Assembly: GCA_015062535.1 (NCBI GenBank)
Contig: SUUK01000002.1
Span: 98,724-162,723 of the forward strand
Length of the DNA: 64,000 bases
Source of the DNA: Alphaproteobacteria bacterium
Lineage (GTDB): Bacteria > Pseudomonadota > Alphaproteobacteria > RF32 > CAG-239
Reading direction: 5' to 3'
Below are positions 19,268-27,602 of this stretch, in pieces (within the stretch, counting starts at the first letter, position 1; every line of letters begins with the position of its first letter). A program made the translations under genes and the position numbers. The notes beneath the pieces were generated by a model that worked only from the letters and a program-made list of their open reading frames with translations, did not search any database and was not told where the DNA came from.

Positions 19268-19296
19268 TTGACTTTTTAAAGGATTTTGCTTATTAT
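19268..19296 (+). promoter_or_regulatory. near-consensus sigma70-type promoter upstream of acrR-acrAB operon
   Basis: TTGACT(19268-19273)-N17-TATTAT(19291-19296), about 36 nt upstream of TetR start. Confidence 0.4.
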
Positions 19297-19331
19297 ACGT
19301 TCTAGTATGTATTTTAAATAACGAGGGATTA

Positions 19332-19943
19332 ATGGCTAGAAAATGTAAAGAAGATGCTGAAAAAACAAGACAAGCTGTTATAGAATCTGCTTTGGATGTG
19401 TTTTCTGAAAAAGGATATGCTAAGGCAACATTTGACGAGATTGCTGCACGTGCTGGATTTACAAAAGGTGCGGTTTATTGGTATTTTAGAAATAAGGCAG
19501 ACCTAGTTTCGGCTTTAATTGTTGAATATATGGAACGAAAAAGGCATGAGCTTGCTAAAAATATTCCAGAAGGTGATACTTTAGAAGATTTATTAGATTA
19601 TTTTACTCTTTGGGCAAGAGTGTTGCGTGATGATGAAAGATTTTCTAAATTTAATCGTTTTGTTATTTGTCAGATGGAATGGTCAGAGGCTGTTGTTAGT
19701 CGTGTACAAAAGAATTTAGCTACACAGACAGATTGGCATTTAGAAAAAATTAATCAAGTTTTGGTAAAATGTCAGGAACGTGGCGAACTAAAAAAAGACC
19801 TTGATTTATCTATGGTTTCGGATATTGTTCGCTCTACTTATATGGGAATCGTATTTTCATCTTTGAATAGATTTACAAGAGGGGAAATTGAAGAGAAAGT
19901 ACGAATAGGTTTAGGTTTTTTATTTGAAGGGTTAAAGAAATAG
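19332..19943 (+). CDS. acrR: TetR/AcrR family transcriptional repressor
   Basis: N-terminal TetR HTH TRQAVIESALDVFSEKGYAKATFDEIAARAGFTKGAVYWYFRNK; directly upstream of RND pump genes. Confidence 0.88.
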   Translation: MARKCKEDAEKTRQAVIESALDVFSEKGYAKATFDEIAARAGFTKGAVYWYFRNKADLVSALIVEYMERKRHELAKNIPEGDTLEDLLDYFTLWARVLRDDERFSKFNRFVICQMEWSEAVVSRVQKNLATQTDWHLEKINQVLVKCQERGELKKDLDLSMVSDIVRSTYMGIVFSSLNRFTRGEIEEKVRIGLGFLFEGLKK

Positions 19944-19955
19944 AAAGGTTTTGAA

Positions 19956-21119
19956 ATGAAAGTTGTTGAAAACATAACGAGCACAAAAAAAGGTAAATGG
20001 TATCTCTTTTCTGGTGTATTTGCTTTGATAGCAGTGGTGGCAGGTTGTCAATTTTATGGAAAGAAGGACGTACAAGGCGGCCTTCCTCCTGTTAATGTGA
20101 CAGTTGTAAAAGCTCAAGAAGAGGTAATTAATAATTCTAAAACTTATGTTGCTCTTGTTGAAGCAATTAATAGTGTTGATGTTGTTGCAAAGGTTAGTGG
20201 TAGCTTAGATAAAGTTAATTTTAAAGAAGGTGGCTTTGTTAAAAAAGATGATGCTTTGTTTGTGATTGATAAAGATACTTATCAAGCAAAGTATGATTTG
20301 GCAAAAGCACAATTAGAAAGCGCAAAAGCTAATCTTACAAAAACAGAAAGAGATTTCAAAAGACAAAAACAATTGAGTGCTAAAAATATTGCATCTCAAG
20401 CAACATTTGATAGCGCTGAAAGTGCTTATTTGCAAGCAAAGGCTGCTGTTGCTCAAAATGAAGCAAATCTTAAGTTGGCTAAAAACGATTTAGATAACAC
20501 AGAAGTTAAAGCATATATTGATGGCGTTATTGGTAAAACTAATGTTACAGTTGGTAACTATATTAATGCATCTAATATAAATGCACCTTTGGCTAGAGTT
20601 GTACAAGTAAATCCTATTCGTATTGCTTTTTCTTTAACAGATAAAGAATATTTGGCAATGAAAGCTCAAGGTAAACAAGATTTAAGTGATTTTGTTATCA
20701 ATATTGAGCTTGCTAATGGTGAAATCTTTAGTGAAAAGTTAGATACTGTTTTTGCAAGTAATGAGGTAAAAACAGGCACTGCTAGTGTTGGTGTATATGC
20801 AGATATTAAGAATGATAAAGGTTTATTAAAACCAGGTGCTTATGTAAAGATGTTTATTACTTCAGCAAAACCTCGTAAAGATATTGTTGTTCCAGAAGAA
20901 TCTATTGTGCAAGTTGAAGAAGACGCATATGTTTATGTTGTTGTAGCTCAAGCAGATAAAAGTCTTAAAGCTTTTCTAAGAAAAGTAAAACTAGGTGAAG
21001 CTTTTAGTGGTAAACAAGTTGTTTTAGAAGGTTTGAAAGATGGCGAAGAAATTTTATTAGGCGGTTTGGCTAATAGAATGTTAAGAGATGGCGCTACAGT
21101 TAATGTTGTTGCTCAATAA
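19956..21119 (+). CDS. acrA: RND efflux periplasmic adaptor subunit (AcrA/MexA family lipoprotein)
   Basis: 387 aa; lipoprotein signal (VAGC), coiled-coil hairpin region and beta-barrel domain typical of HlyD/MFP family. Confidence 0.9.
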   Translation: MKVVENITSTKKGKWYLFSGVFALIAVVAGCQFYGKKDVQGGLPPVNVTVVKAQEEVINNSKTYVALVEAINSVDVVAKVSGSLDKVNFKEGGFVKKDDALFVIDKDTYQAKYDLAKAQLESAKANLTKTERDFKRQKQLSAKNIASQATFDSAESAYLQAKAAVAQNEANLKLAKNDLDNTEVKAYIDGVIGKTNVTVGNYINASNINAPLARVVQVNPIRIAFSLTDKEYLAMKAQGKQDLSDFVINIELANGEIFSEKLDTVFASNEVKTGTASVGVYADIKNDKGLLKPGAYVKMFITSAKPRKDIVVPEESIVQVEEDAYVYVVVAQADKSLKAFLRKVKLGEAFSGKQVVLEGLKDGEEILLGGLANRMLRDGATVNVVAQ

Positions 21120-21134
21120 TTAAGGGGATTATTA

Positions 21135-24100
21135 ATGTTTTCTAAGTTTTTTATTGAAAGACCTAGATTTGCGATAGTTATTGCTATTGTGATGAGTTTG
21201 GCCGGATTAATTGCAATTTTCACACTTCCTGTTGCGATGTATCCAGAAATTACCCCTCCACAAGTTACAGTATTTGCGGACTATACTGGTGCTAGTGCCG
21301 AAACGGTTGCCAATACTGTTGCTATTCCGATAGAAAAAGAAATTAATGGTGTTGATAACATGATGTATATGAACTCATCTTCATATAACTCTGGTCGTTA
21401 TCAACTTGATATTAGTTTTGAAATTGGTACTGACCCTGACCTTGCACAAGTAAAAGTACAGAACAGAGTGCAAAAAGCCATTAACTCTCTTCCTGATGAA
21501 GTGCAAGCAAGGGGTGTTAATGTGGTTCGCCGTTCTTCTGAAATTTTGGGCTTTTTACAGGCTATTTCACCAAATGGTACACATGATAGAAACTTCTTAA
21601 ATAACTATGTGACAAACAATATTAAGAATAACTTAGGTCGTCAATATGGTGTTGGTGATGCTAATGTTATGGGTTCTGACTTGAGTATGAGAGTGTGGCT
21701 TGATGCTGATAAAATGGCTGCGCTAAATCTCCCTATTAGTGCGGTTAGAAATGCCATAAGCTCTCAAAACTACCAGCCATCATTGGGTTCTGTTGGTTCA
21801 GAGCCTAATGATGGTACTAGTAAAATAGTATTTTCTTTGGAAACTAAAGGTCGTCTAAATGAGGCTAAAGACTTTGAAAATATTATTGTTAGAACCGAAG
21901 AAGAAGGTGGTTTAGTTAGATTAAAAGATATTGCAACAGTTGAAGTTGGTCCTGAGAACTACTTGTTACAATCTGATGTTGATGGACAGCCAAACGTTGC
22001 AATTATGGTAAATAAACTTTCTGGTGCGAATGCTTTAAAAGCAATGGATGCGGTAAAAAAAGAGCTTAAAAGATTGGAAAAATATTTTCCTGAAGATTTT
22101 GAGGTTAGAATCTTTTTTGATGCGACAGACTTTATTAAAGTATCTATTGAAGAAGTGGTATTTACCCTTGTTTTGACATTTATTTTGGTGGTTTTGGTTT
22201 GTTATGTCTTTTTACAAGACTGGAGAGCAACCCTTATTCCATCTATTGCGATACCTGTGTCAATTTTAGCAACATTTGCGGTGATGTTAGCGCTTGGTTA
22301 TAACTTAAACATTTTAACATTGTTTGGTTTAATTTTGGCGATTGGTTTGGTTGTGGATGATGCGATTATTGTGGTTGAGCGTGTGCTTTATCTAATGGAG
22401 CATGAACACTTAAACCAAAAAGAAGCTGCAAAGAAAGCTATGGAACAGGTGTCTTCTGCGATTGTGGCGGCAACATTGGTGTTACTTGCTATCTTTGTGC
22501 CTATTGCTTTTATGGGTGGTGTGACTGGTAGAATTTATCAACAATTTGCGATTGCTATTTCTTTTGCGGTGCTTTTCTCTGGTGTTAATGCTTTGACTTT
22601 AAGTCCTGCATTGTGTGCTACAATTCTTCGTCCTATTGAGCAAAAGACATCTGGCTGGTTATTTAGATTTGAGCAATTTGTTACTTCATCTAGAAATAAG
22701 TATGTGAAGTTTGTGGCTTTTATTGGTAGAAAAATGGTGGTTATTGTATTTATTGCTCTTGCTTTGATTGCGCTTAACCTCTTTTCTGTTTCTAGCATTA
22801 AATCATCATTCTTGCCAGATGAAGACCAAGGTGTGATTATGGCTAATATTCAACTTCCTGAGGGTAGTGCAGGTAAGAGAACATTGGATGTTATTGATAA
22901 AACTCGTGATATCATTAAAGCTGAAAAAGGTGTTCGTTCTGTTATGAACTTGAGAGGATTTAGTATTTTAGCAGGACAAGGTGAAAATGTTGGTTTTAAC
23001 GTTATCGCATTAAAACCTTGGGAAGAACGTTCTGATATTATAGATTTTTCTACTAATATTAGAAATAGAATTACAGCAGAAATGGCAAAGATTACTGATG
23101 CTAATATTATGTTGTTTGAAATGCCCGCTATTCCTGGACTCGGTAGTAACAACAGTATGGACTTGAGATTACAGTCTATTGAAAGTACTGATATGAACGA
23201 GTTACAAAGGAATTTGAATGCATTTTTGGTTGAACTTAATAAACTTCCAGAAGTAAAGATGGCTTATTCTACATTTACATCTCAAACTCCTCATGCTTAT
23301 TTGGATATTAATAGAGAAAAAGCTGAGCTTATGGGTGTTAGTATTGGTAGTATTTATTCTACACTTCAAACATATTTAGGTTCTATGTATGTTAATGACG
23401 TAAATATTGGTACACAAGCTAACAAAGTTATGGTTCAGGCAGATTGGAAATATCGTAAAAATCTTCAAAGCATTAAGGATTTGTACGTTCAAAGTGCTAG
23501 TGGTGAGATGGTACCATTGGGTAGCTTGATTGAAATTAAGAGAGTTACTCTTCCTCGTGCGGTAGATAGATATAACCAATATCCTGCAGCAACTATTAAT
23601 ATTGTGGCAGCAGATGATTCAAGTTCTGGTGAAGCAATGGAAGCTGTTGAAAAAATGGCAGATGAAAAATTATCAAATAAATATGCATATGAATGGTCTG
23701 GTATGAGCTTGCAAGAAAGACGTAATCAAGGACAAATCAGTATATTAATTATGCTTGCGATTTTGTTTGCTTATTTATTCTTGGTTGCTCAGTATGAAAG
23801 CTGGAGTATTCCTATGTCTGTTATTTTATCAACTTTAACAGCTATGTTTGGTGCATTTGTTGGTATGTGGATTGAGGGATTACCTTTGAGTATATATGCG
23901 CAATTAGGATTGGTATTGCTTGTTGGTTTGTCTGCTAAGAATGCTATTTTGATTGTGGAATTCTCAAAAGAAGAACATGGACATGGCGCAAGTGTGTTAG
24001 ATGCAGCAGTTACAGGGCTTAAAGAACGTTTTAGAGCAGTGTTGATGACAGCCTTAACATTCGTTTTGGGTGTGGCTCCAATGGTTTGGGCAACAGGTGC

Positions 24101-24239
24101 TTGTTCTGGTTCTAGAATTGCGGTTGGTGTACCTGTATTTTATGGTATGCTTGTGGGTACACTTGTTGGTTTAATTGTTATTCCTCTATTGTATATCATG
24201 GTACAAACCATGGTTGATAAGGTTTATAAATCAAAATAA
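21135..24239 (+). CDS. acrB: RND multidrug efflux permease (AcrB/MexB family)
   Basis: 1034 aa, 12 TM with two large periplasmic loops; conserved N-terminal MFSKFFIERPRFAIVIAIVMSLAG. Confidence 0.95.
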   Translation: MFSKFFIERPRFAIVIAIVMSLAGLIAIFTLPVAMYPEITPPQVTVFADYTGASAETVANTVAIPIEKEINGVDNMMYMNSSSYNSGRYQLDISFEIGTDPDLAQVKVQNRVQKAINSLPDEVQARGVNVVRRSSEILGFLQAISPNGTHDRNFLNNYVTNNIKNNLGRQYGVGDANVMGSDLSMRVWLDADKMAALNLPISAVRNAISSQNYQPSLGSVGSEPNDGTSKIVFSLETKGRLNEAKDFENIIVRTEEEGGLVRLKDIATVEVGPENYLLQSDVDGQPNVAIMVNKLSGANALKAMDAVKKELKRLEKYFPEDFEVRIFFDATDFIKVSIEEVVFTLVLTFILVVLVCYVFLQDWRATLIPSIAIPVSILATFAVMLALGYNLNILTLFGLILAIGLVVDDAIIVVERVLYLMEHEHLNQKEAAKKAMEQVSSAIVAATLVLLAIFVPIAFMGGVTGRIYQQFAIAISFAVLFSGVNALTLSPALCATILRPIEQKTSGWLFRFEQFVTSSRNKYVKFVAFIGRKMVVIVFIALALIALNLFSVSSIKSSFLPDEDQGVIMANIQLPEGSAGKRTLDVIDKTRDIIKAEKGVRSVMNLRGFSILAGQGENVGFNVIALKPWEERSDIIDFSTNIRNRITAEMAKITDANIMLFEMPAIPGLGSNNSMDLRLQSIESTDMNELQRNLNAFLVELNKLPEVKMAYSTFTSQTPHAYLDINREKAELMGVSIGSIYSTLQTYLGSMYVNDVNIGTQANKVMVQADWKYRKNLQSIKDLYVQSASGEMVPLGSLIEIKRVTLPRAVDRYNQYPAATINIVAADDSSSGEAMEAVEKMADEKLSNKYAYEWSGMSLQERRNQGQISILIMLAILFAYLFLVAQYESWSIPMSVILSTLTAMFGAFVGMWIEGLPLSIYAQLGLVLLVGLSAKNAILIVEFSKEEHGHGASVLDAAVTGLKERFRAVLMTALTFVLGVAPMVWATGACSGSRIAVGVPVFYGMLVGTLVGLIVIPLLYIMVQTMVDKVYKSK

Positions 24240-24260
24240 GATAACCTAATTAATTTTGGT

Positions 24261-24291
24261 ACGGCAGTTTGAATAGAACTGCCGTATTTTA
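24261..24291 (+). terminator. Rho-independent terminator after acrB
   Basis: acggcagtt...aactgccgt hairpin plus T-run. Confidence 0.6.
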
Positions 24292-24423
24292 GTATGGGTT
24301 AAATTGAAGAAATAATCGTGAATTCTTATTTGGGTAGGGTCGCGATATTTTTATGTTTAATAATTTTAAGAAAAGAGTAATCCGGAGCATCTAAAGGAGT
24401 GCATCTCTTAAAATAAACCGGTA

Positions 24424-24807
24424 GTGATTATGAAGCGTATTATTATGTTGTTAATGTGCTTTGGTATGTTGTTTTCTTTTAATGTATTGAAAGCACAAAA
24501 TGTGGAGGAAAGTATTCGCATGTTAAATGATAGTACAGTGTTGTATGAAAAAAAGAGCACTGATATTATTGTTGATGTGAATACCAAAAAGAAAAACCAG
24601 AATTATAAGCTTAAAATTCCGAAGATTGTTGACTTTAATGTCAAAAATTTATCTAGAGAAGACGAAGTGTTTTTTTGGATAAAGGTTGTTTCGGTAAAGA
24701 AGGCTTGTAAGGGTGCAGAACTATTGAAGGATAGTTTGTTTGATGGCAAAAACATTGTTGTTCGCTTAGAGCAGTATAATGTTATGCCAAAGGACTCTAT
24801 TAAGTGA
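24424..24807 (+). CDS. hypothetical secreted protein
   Basis: 127 aa; signal peptide MKRIIMLLMCFGMLFSFNVLKAQ; followed by hairpin terminator about 24817..24846. Confidence 0.45.
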   Translation: MIMKRIIMLLMCFGMLFSFNVLKAQNVEESIRMLNDSTVLYEKKSTDIIVDVNTKKKNQNYKLKIPKIVDFNVKNLSREDEVFFWIKVVSVKKACKGAELLKDSLFDGKNIVVRLEQYNVMPKDSIK

Positions 24808-24924
24808 AATTTATAACCGCATTTGTAAAACGAATGCGGTTTTTTGTGTGTATTATAAAATAGGTGTAGAATTTGCTTGCATATTAAATTGTTTTGATTT
24901 ATTTAAGAGATGTTTTAGGTTAAA

Positions 24925-25000
24925 GGTCCCATCGTCTAGAGGCCTAGGACGCGGCCCTCTCAAGGCTGCAACACGGGTTCGAATCCCGTTGGGATCACCA
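24925..25000 (+). tRNA. tRNA-Glu (anticodon CUC)
   Basis: GGTCCCATCGTCTAGAGGCCTAGGACGCGGCCCTCTCAAGGCTGCAACACGGGTTCGAATCCCGTTGGGATCACCA; aligns with E. coli tRNA-Glu; anticodon loop CTCTCAA. Confidence 0.85.
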
Positions 25001-25012
25001 ATACAAACAGCG
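24995..25012 (+). repeat. 18-nt direct repeat copy 1 (ATCACCAATACAAACAGC; tRNA-Glu 3' end + 12 nt)
   Basis: Exact match to copy at 25784..25801. Confidence 0.6.
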
Positions 25013-25036
25013 CTCATTTTAGAGCGCTGTTTTGCT
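25005..25036 (+). terminator. Rho-independent terminator after tRNA-Glu
   Basis: aacagcgctc...gagcgctgtt hairpin then TTTTG. Confidence 0.5.
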
Positions 25037-25198
25037 ATATAAACCAAGCCTTTCAGCAGTTTCGAGTGTTAGTTTTTCAAAAATAGCTGTTTGGGAAAAT
25101 TTTACGAACTCGTTATGGCAATTTTCTTTGTTTTCAATCTATTAAAAATATTGCGTTTATTAAATCTTTGTATTACTTTACTTTTATAGGGTAGTAAG

Positions 25199-25771
25199 AT
25201 GCTTTTAGTTTTTTTACATGGGAAAGGTGCTGACAGCACAGCATATAGCGCACAAATGAAAAGATTGGCTGATAATTTGTCTGCCGATTATATCTCTTTT
25301 AATGCGCCATTTAAGCATCCCACAAAAGCTGGCAAATTTGTATGGTTTGATAAAATTGAGCAAAATAATCGTAAAGATGCAGTTAAGGAAGAATATTTAT
25401 TTTCTCTGAGATATATTAAAGAAAAACTATTGCAATTAAAATGTCCTTTATCTGATATTATTCTTATTGGTCATTCACAAGGTGGGGGAATGGCTGTATC
25501 TGTCGGTATAGAATTAAATTTGAAAAGCATTTTCAGTATTTGTGGTGATTTGCCGTATAATTTGGAATATTACAATAAATCTCAAACACCTATTTATTGG
25601 CTTGAAGGGCAAAATGATACTTATATAAATCAAGAGCGGAAAAAGTCTTATCAAATTTTGCAAAAAATAGCGGTGGATTTGCATTTTAAGGTAGTTGAAA
25701 ACTGCAGTCATACCGAGATAGATGAGGCTTTTTTAGAAATAGAAAAAGTTATATGTAATATCAGCTCGTAA
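25199..25771 (+). CDS. alpha/beta-hydrolase, phospholipase/carboxylesterase family
   Basis: 190 aa; MLLVFLHGKGAD... and nucleophile elbow GHSQGG; catalytic His near C-terminus. Confidence 0.72.
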   Translation: MLLVFLHGKGADSTAYSAQMKRLADNLSADYISFNAPFKHPTKAGKFVWFDKIEQNNRKDAVKEEYLFSLRYIKEKLLQLKCPLSDIILIGHSQGGGMAVSVGIELNLKSIFSICGDLPYNLEYYNKSQTPIYWLEGQNDTYINQERKKSYQILQKIAVDLHFKVVENCSHTEIDEAFLEIEKVICNISS

Positions 25772-25783
25772 ACCGTGAGTTAA

Positions 25784-25801
25784 GCATCACCAATACAAAC
25801 A
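25784..25801 (+). repeat. 18-nt direct repeat copy 2 (ATCACCAATACAAACAGC)
   Basis: Exact match to 24995..25012; followed by terminator hairpin aacagcaggc...gcctgctgtt (25798..25831). Confidence 0.6.
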
Positions 25802-26070
25802 GCAGGCTGAAAAATGCCTGCTGTTTTTTATTATTGAGGAGAGGTATAAGTGTTACTCTTGGAGAGAGGAAGGGGATCCTTTGACCTTGCTTACGTTCGG
25901 AAGGATGACGCTGTGTCGTGTGGTAGAAAAATATTTTTATAAATATATTAAAAATGTAAAAAATATTTTAATTCAACTATTGATTTTATTATATGAAACA
26001 TCCTATATTATACTTGGACGTGGACTGGAACTAAATAATTTGTTTTAATTTTTTATTTAGGAGAAAGTAA

Positions 26071-26460
26071 ATGCCTAGGTACGGAGATAAAACCCAAAAG
26101 GAACTTGATAATTATATAAAAGATTATAAGTTACCAGTTGGACGTGTAAGAACAGGTTTGGTTGCGCCAATTAAGGATTTGAGTCGTAATTATTTTACAA
26201 TGAAAGAAAAACAATTGGATCCAAGCGATCATTTTTTTCATTGTAAGGCTAATTATGAAGCTGCTTCAAGAGGAGCTTATGGAGAAGCAGTGGCTGAAAA
26301 ATTTGGTTATATAAAAGAGCGTTTTGATATGCTAGTCAAAGGTGATAGCAGGGGAGCTTCTGAAGCTGATTTAAGAGCAAATGCAAGAGGTCGTGCAGGT
26401 GCAAAAGCAGGAAAGTCTCTACGAGAAACATGTCCGACGCATCATACAAAATATAAATAA
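26071..26460 (+). CDS. serum amyloid A (SAA) domain protein, bacterial homolog
   Basis: 129 aa; SDHFFHCKANYEAASRGAYGEAVAE ... SEADLRANARGRAGAK ... TKYK aligns with vertebrate SAA [25 protein letters not shown] ... SLADQAANEWGRSGKD ... EKY. Confidence 0.7.
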   Translation: MPRYGDKTQKELDNYIKDYKLPVGRVRTGLVAPIKDLSRNYFTMKEKQLDPSDHFFHCKANYEAASRGAYGEAVAEKFGYIKERFDMLVKGDSRGASEADLRANARGRAGAKAGKSLRETCPTHHTKYK

Positions 26461-26472
26461 ATCGGAGGTATA

Positions 26473-26868
26473 ATGAGCAAACAAGTATTTTCTATTTCTA
26501 GAGTGGTTACTATTTTTATAACAACGATTATATTTTTATTTTTATCTCTTTTTATGGTAATCGATTTTGTTATTGTGTTTCCGATGAACAAATATATTTT
26601 GTTTATCTATGGTATAGACATGATTGTTTGCTTATTTTCTTTGTTAGGAACGATGTTTGTAAAATTTCGTAAAATTTGCTATGTTGTGTTTGTTGTAAGT
26701 TTTGCTATTTACTTAGCAATGTACCATTTTAATATGGCAATTATTGATGAGCATGGTGCAGACAGATGTTTAGATGCCGGAAAAGGTGTTTGGGACTATA
26801 AGGAACATCGTTGTAGGACGACAGATTGTTGGCGCTGGAGTTGGGAAAAAGGCTGTGAAAAAGAATAA
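26473..26868 (+). CDS. hypothetical membrane protein with Cys/Trp-rich C-terminal tail, coupled to SAA-like gene
   Basis: 131 aa; 3-4 hydrophobic helices then DEHGADRCLDAGKGVWDYKEHRCRTTDCWRWSWEKGCEKE; 12-nt gap from upstream gene. Confidence 0.45.
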   Translation: MSKQVFSISRVVTIFITTIIFLFLSLFMVIDFVIVFPMNKYILFIYGIDMIVCLFSLLGTMFVKFRKICYVVFVVSFAIYLAMYHFNMAIIDEHGADRCLDAGKGVWDYKEHRCRTTDCWRWSWEKGCEKE

Positions 26869-27067
26869 TTTTTGCTATTTATGGCTTTATTTGTGTTGAT
26901 GTATTTATAAAAGTTTTGCTTAAAGCAGAAGAAAATCTGAATTTTGTTAAAAGTTACCATATTTCTTCTCTTTTGGCTTAATATAAAATATATTTATTGA
27001 GTTAGAGAACTATTAGTGTATGTAGAATAAATAACGAAACAAGGTGCTCTATTGAGCACCTTGTTTG

Positions 27068-27427
27068 TCATTTGCGGGGGGAAACAAAACTTTTTAGAAT
27101 TATTTCTCCGTTACTTTTTTTTGTGTAGCTAACAACGTCACCTTCTTTTATGGCACATGCGAAAGATGTTTCAATAGAGTCCGTTTCTTTGAAAATATCG
27201 CCATTTTCAAATATGAGAACTGTTCCACTCTGATTACAATAACCGCCTGTGTTTATAAGATATCGACCAGTTCGAATAACTTTTGATGTTATGGTGGTGT
27301 CATTTTTGGGGTGTGTAGCGCCATAACAAGGAGAGTCTTCAGCTACGCATATGTAACTGCTAAGTGACATAGACATAATAGCCAGGCAAACAGCAATAGC
27401 TGTTTTGTAAAAGATTGTTTTTTTCAT
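27068..27427 (-). CDS. hypothetical secreted protein
   Basis: 119 aa; signal peptide MKKTIFYKTAIAVCLAIMSMSLSS; terminator hairpin aggtgctc/gagcacct at about 27040..27064. Confidence 0.45.
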   Translation of the reverse strand: MKKTIFYKTAIAVCLAIMSMSLSSYICVAEDSPCYGATHPKNDTTITSKVIRTGRYLINTGGYCNQSGTVLIFENGDIFKETDSIETSFACAIKEGDVVSYTKKSNGEIILKSFVSPRK

Positions 27428-27602
27428 ACTTTTGGTGGTTTAGAATAATTGACAATGTAGTTTTTTGTTTGTGTCTATCATAGCGTATTTTTTTGTCTAT
27501 TACAAGTATTTTTTTTATAAAAATGATTTTAAAAATTCTATGGTTTACTTTATTGTATAATGGTTATATTGTGAGGATATATTTTAATAAGAGGAGAAAT
27601 TT

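Noticed and set aside
22538-23579. Several 67-100 aa ORFs antisense within acrB
   Set aside because: Overlap a conserved RND pump gene; spurious.
24779-25047. Two ORFs (87 aa +, 64 aa -) overlapping tRNA-Glu
   Set aside because: Explained by the tRNA gene and its terminator; not coding.
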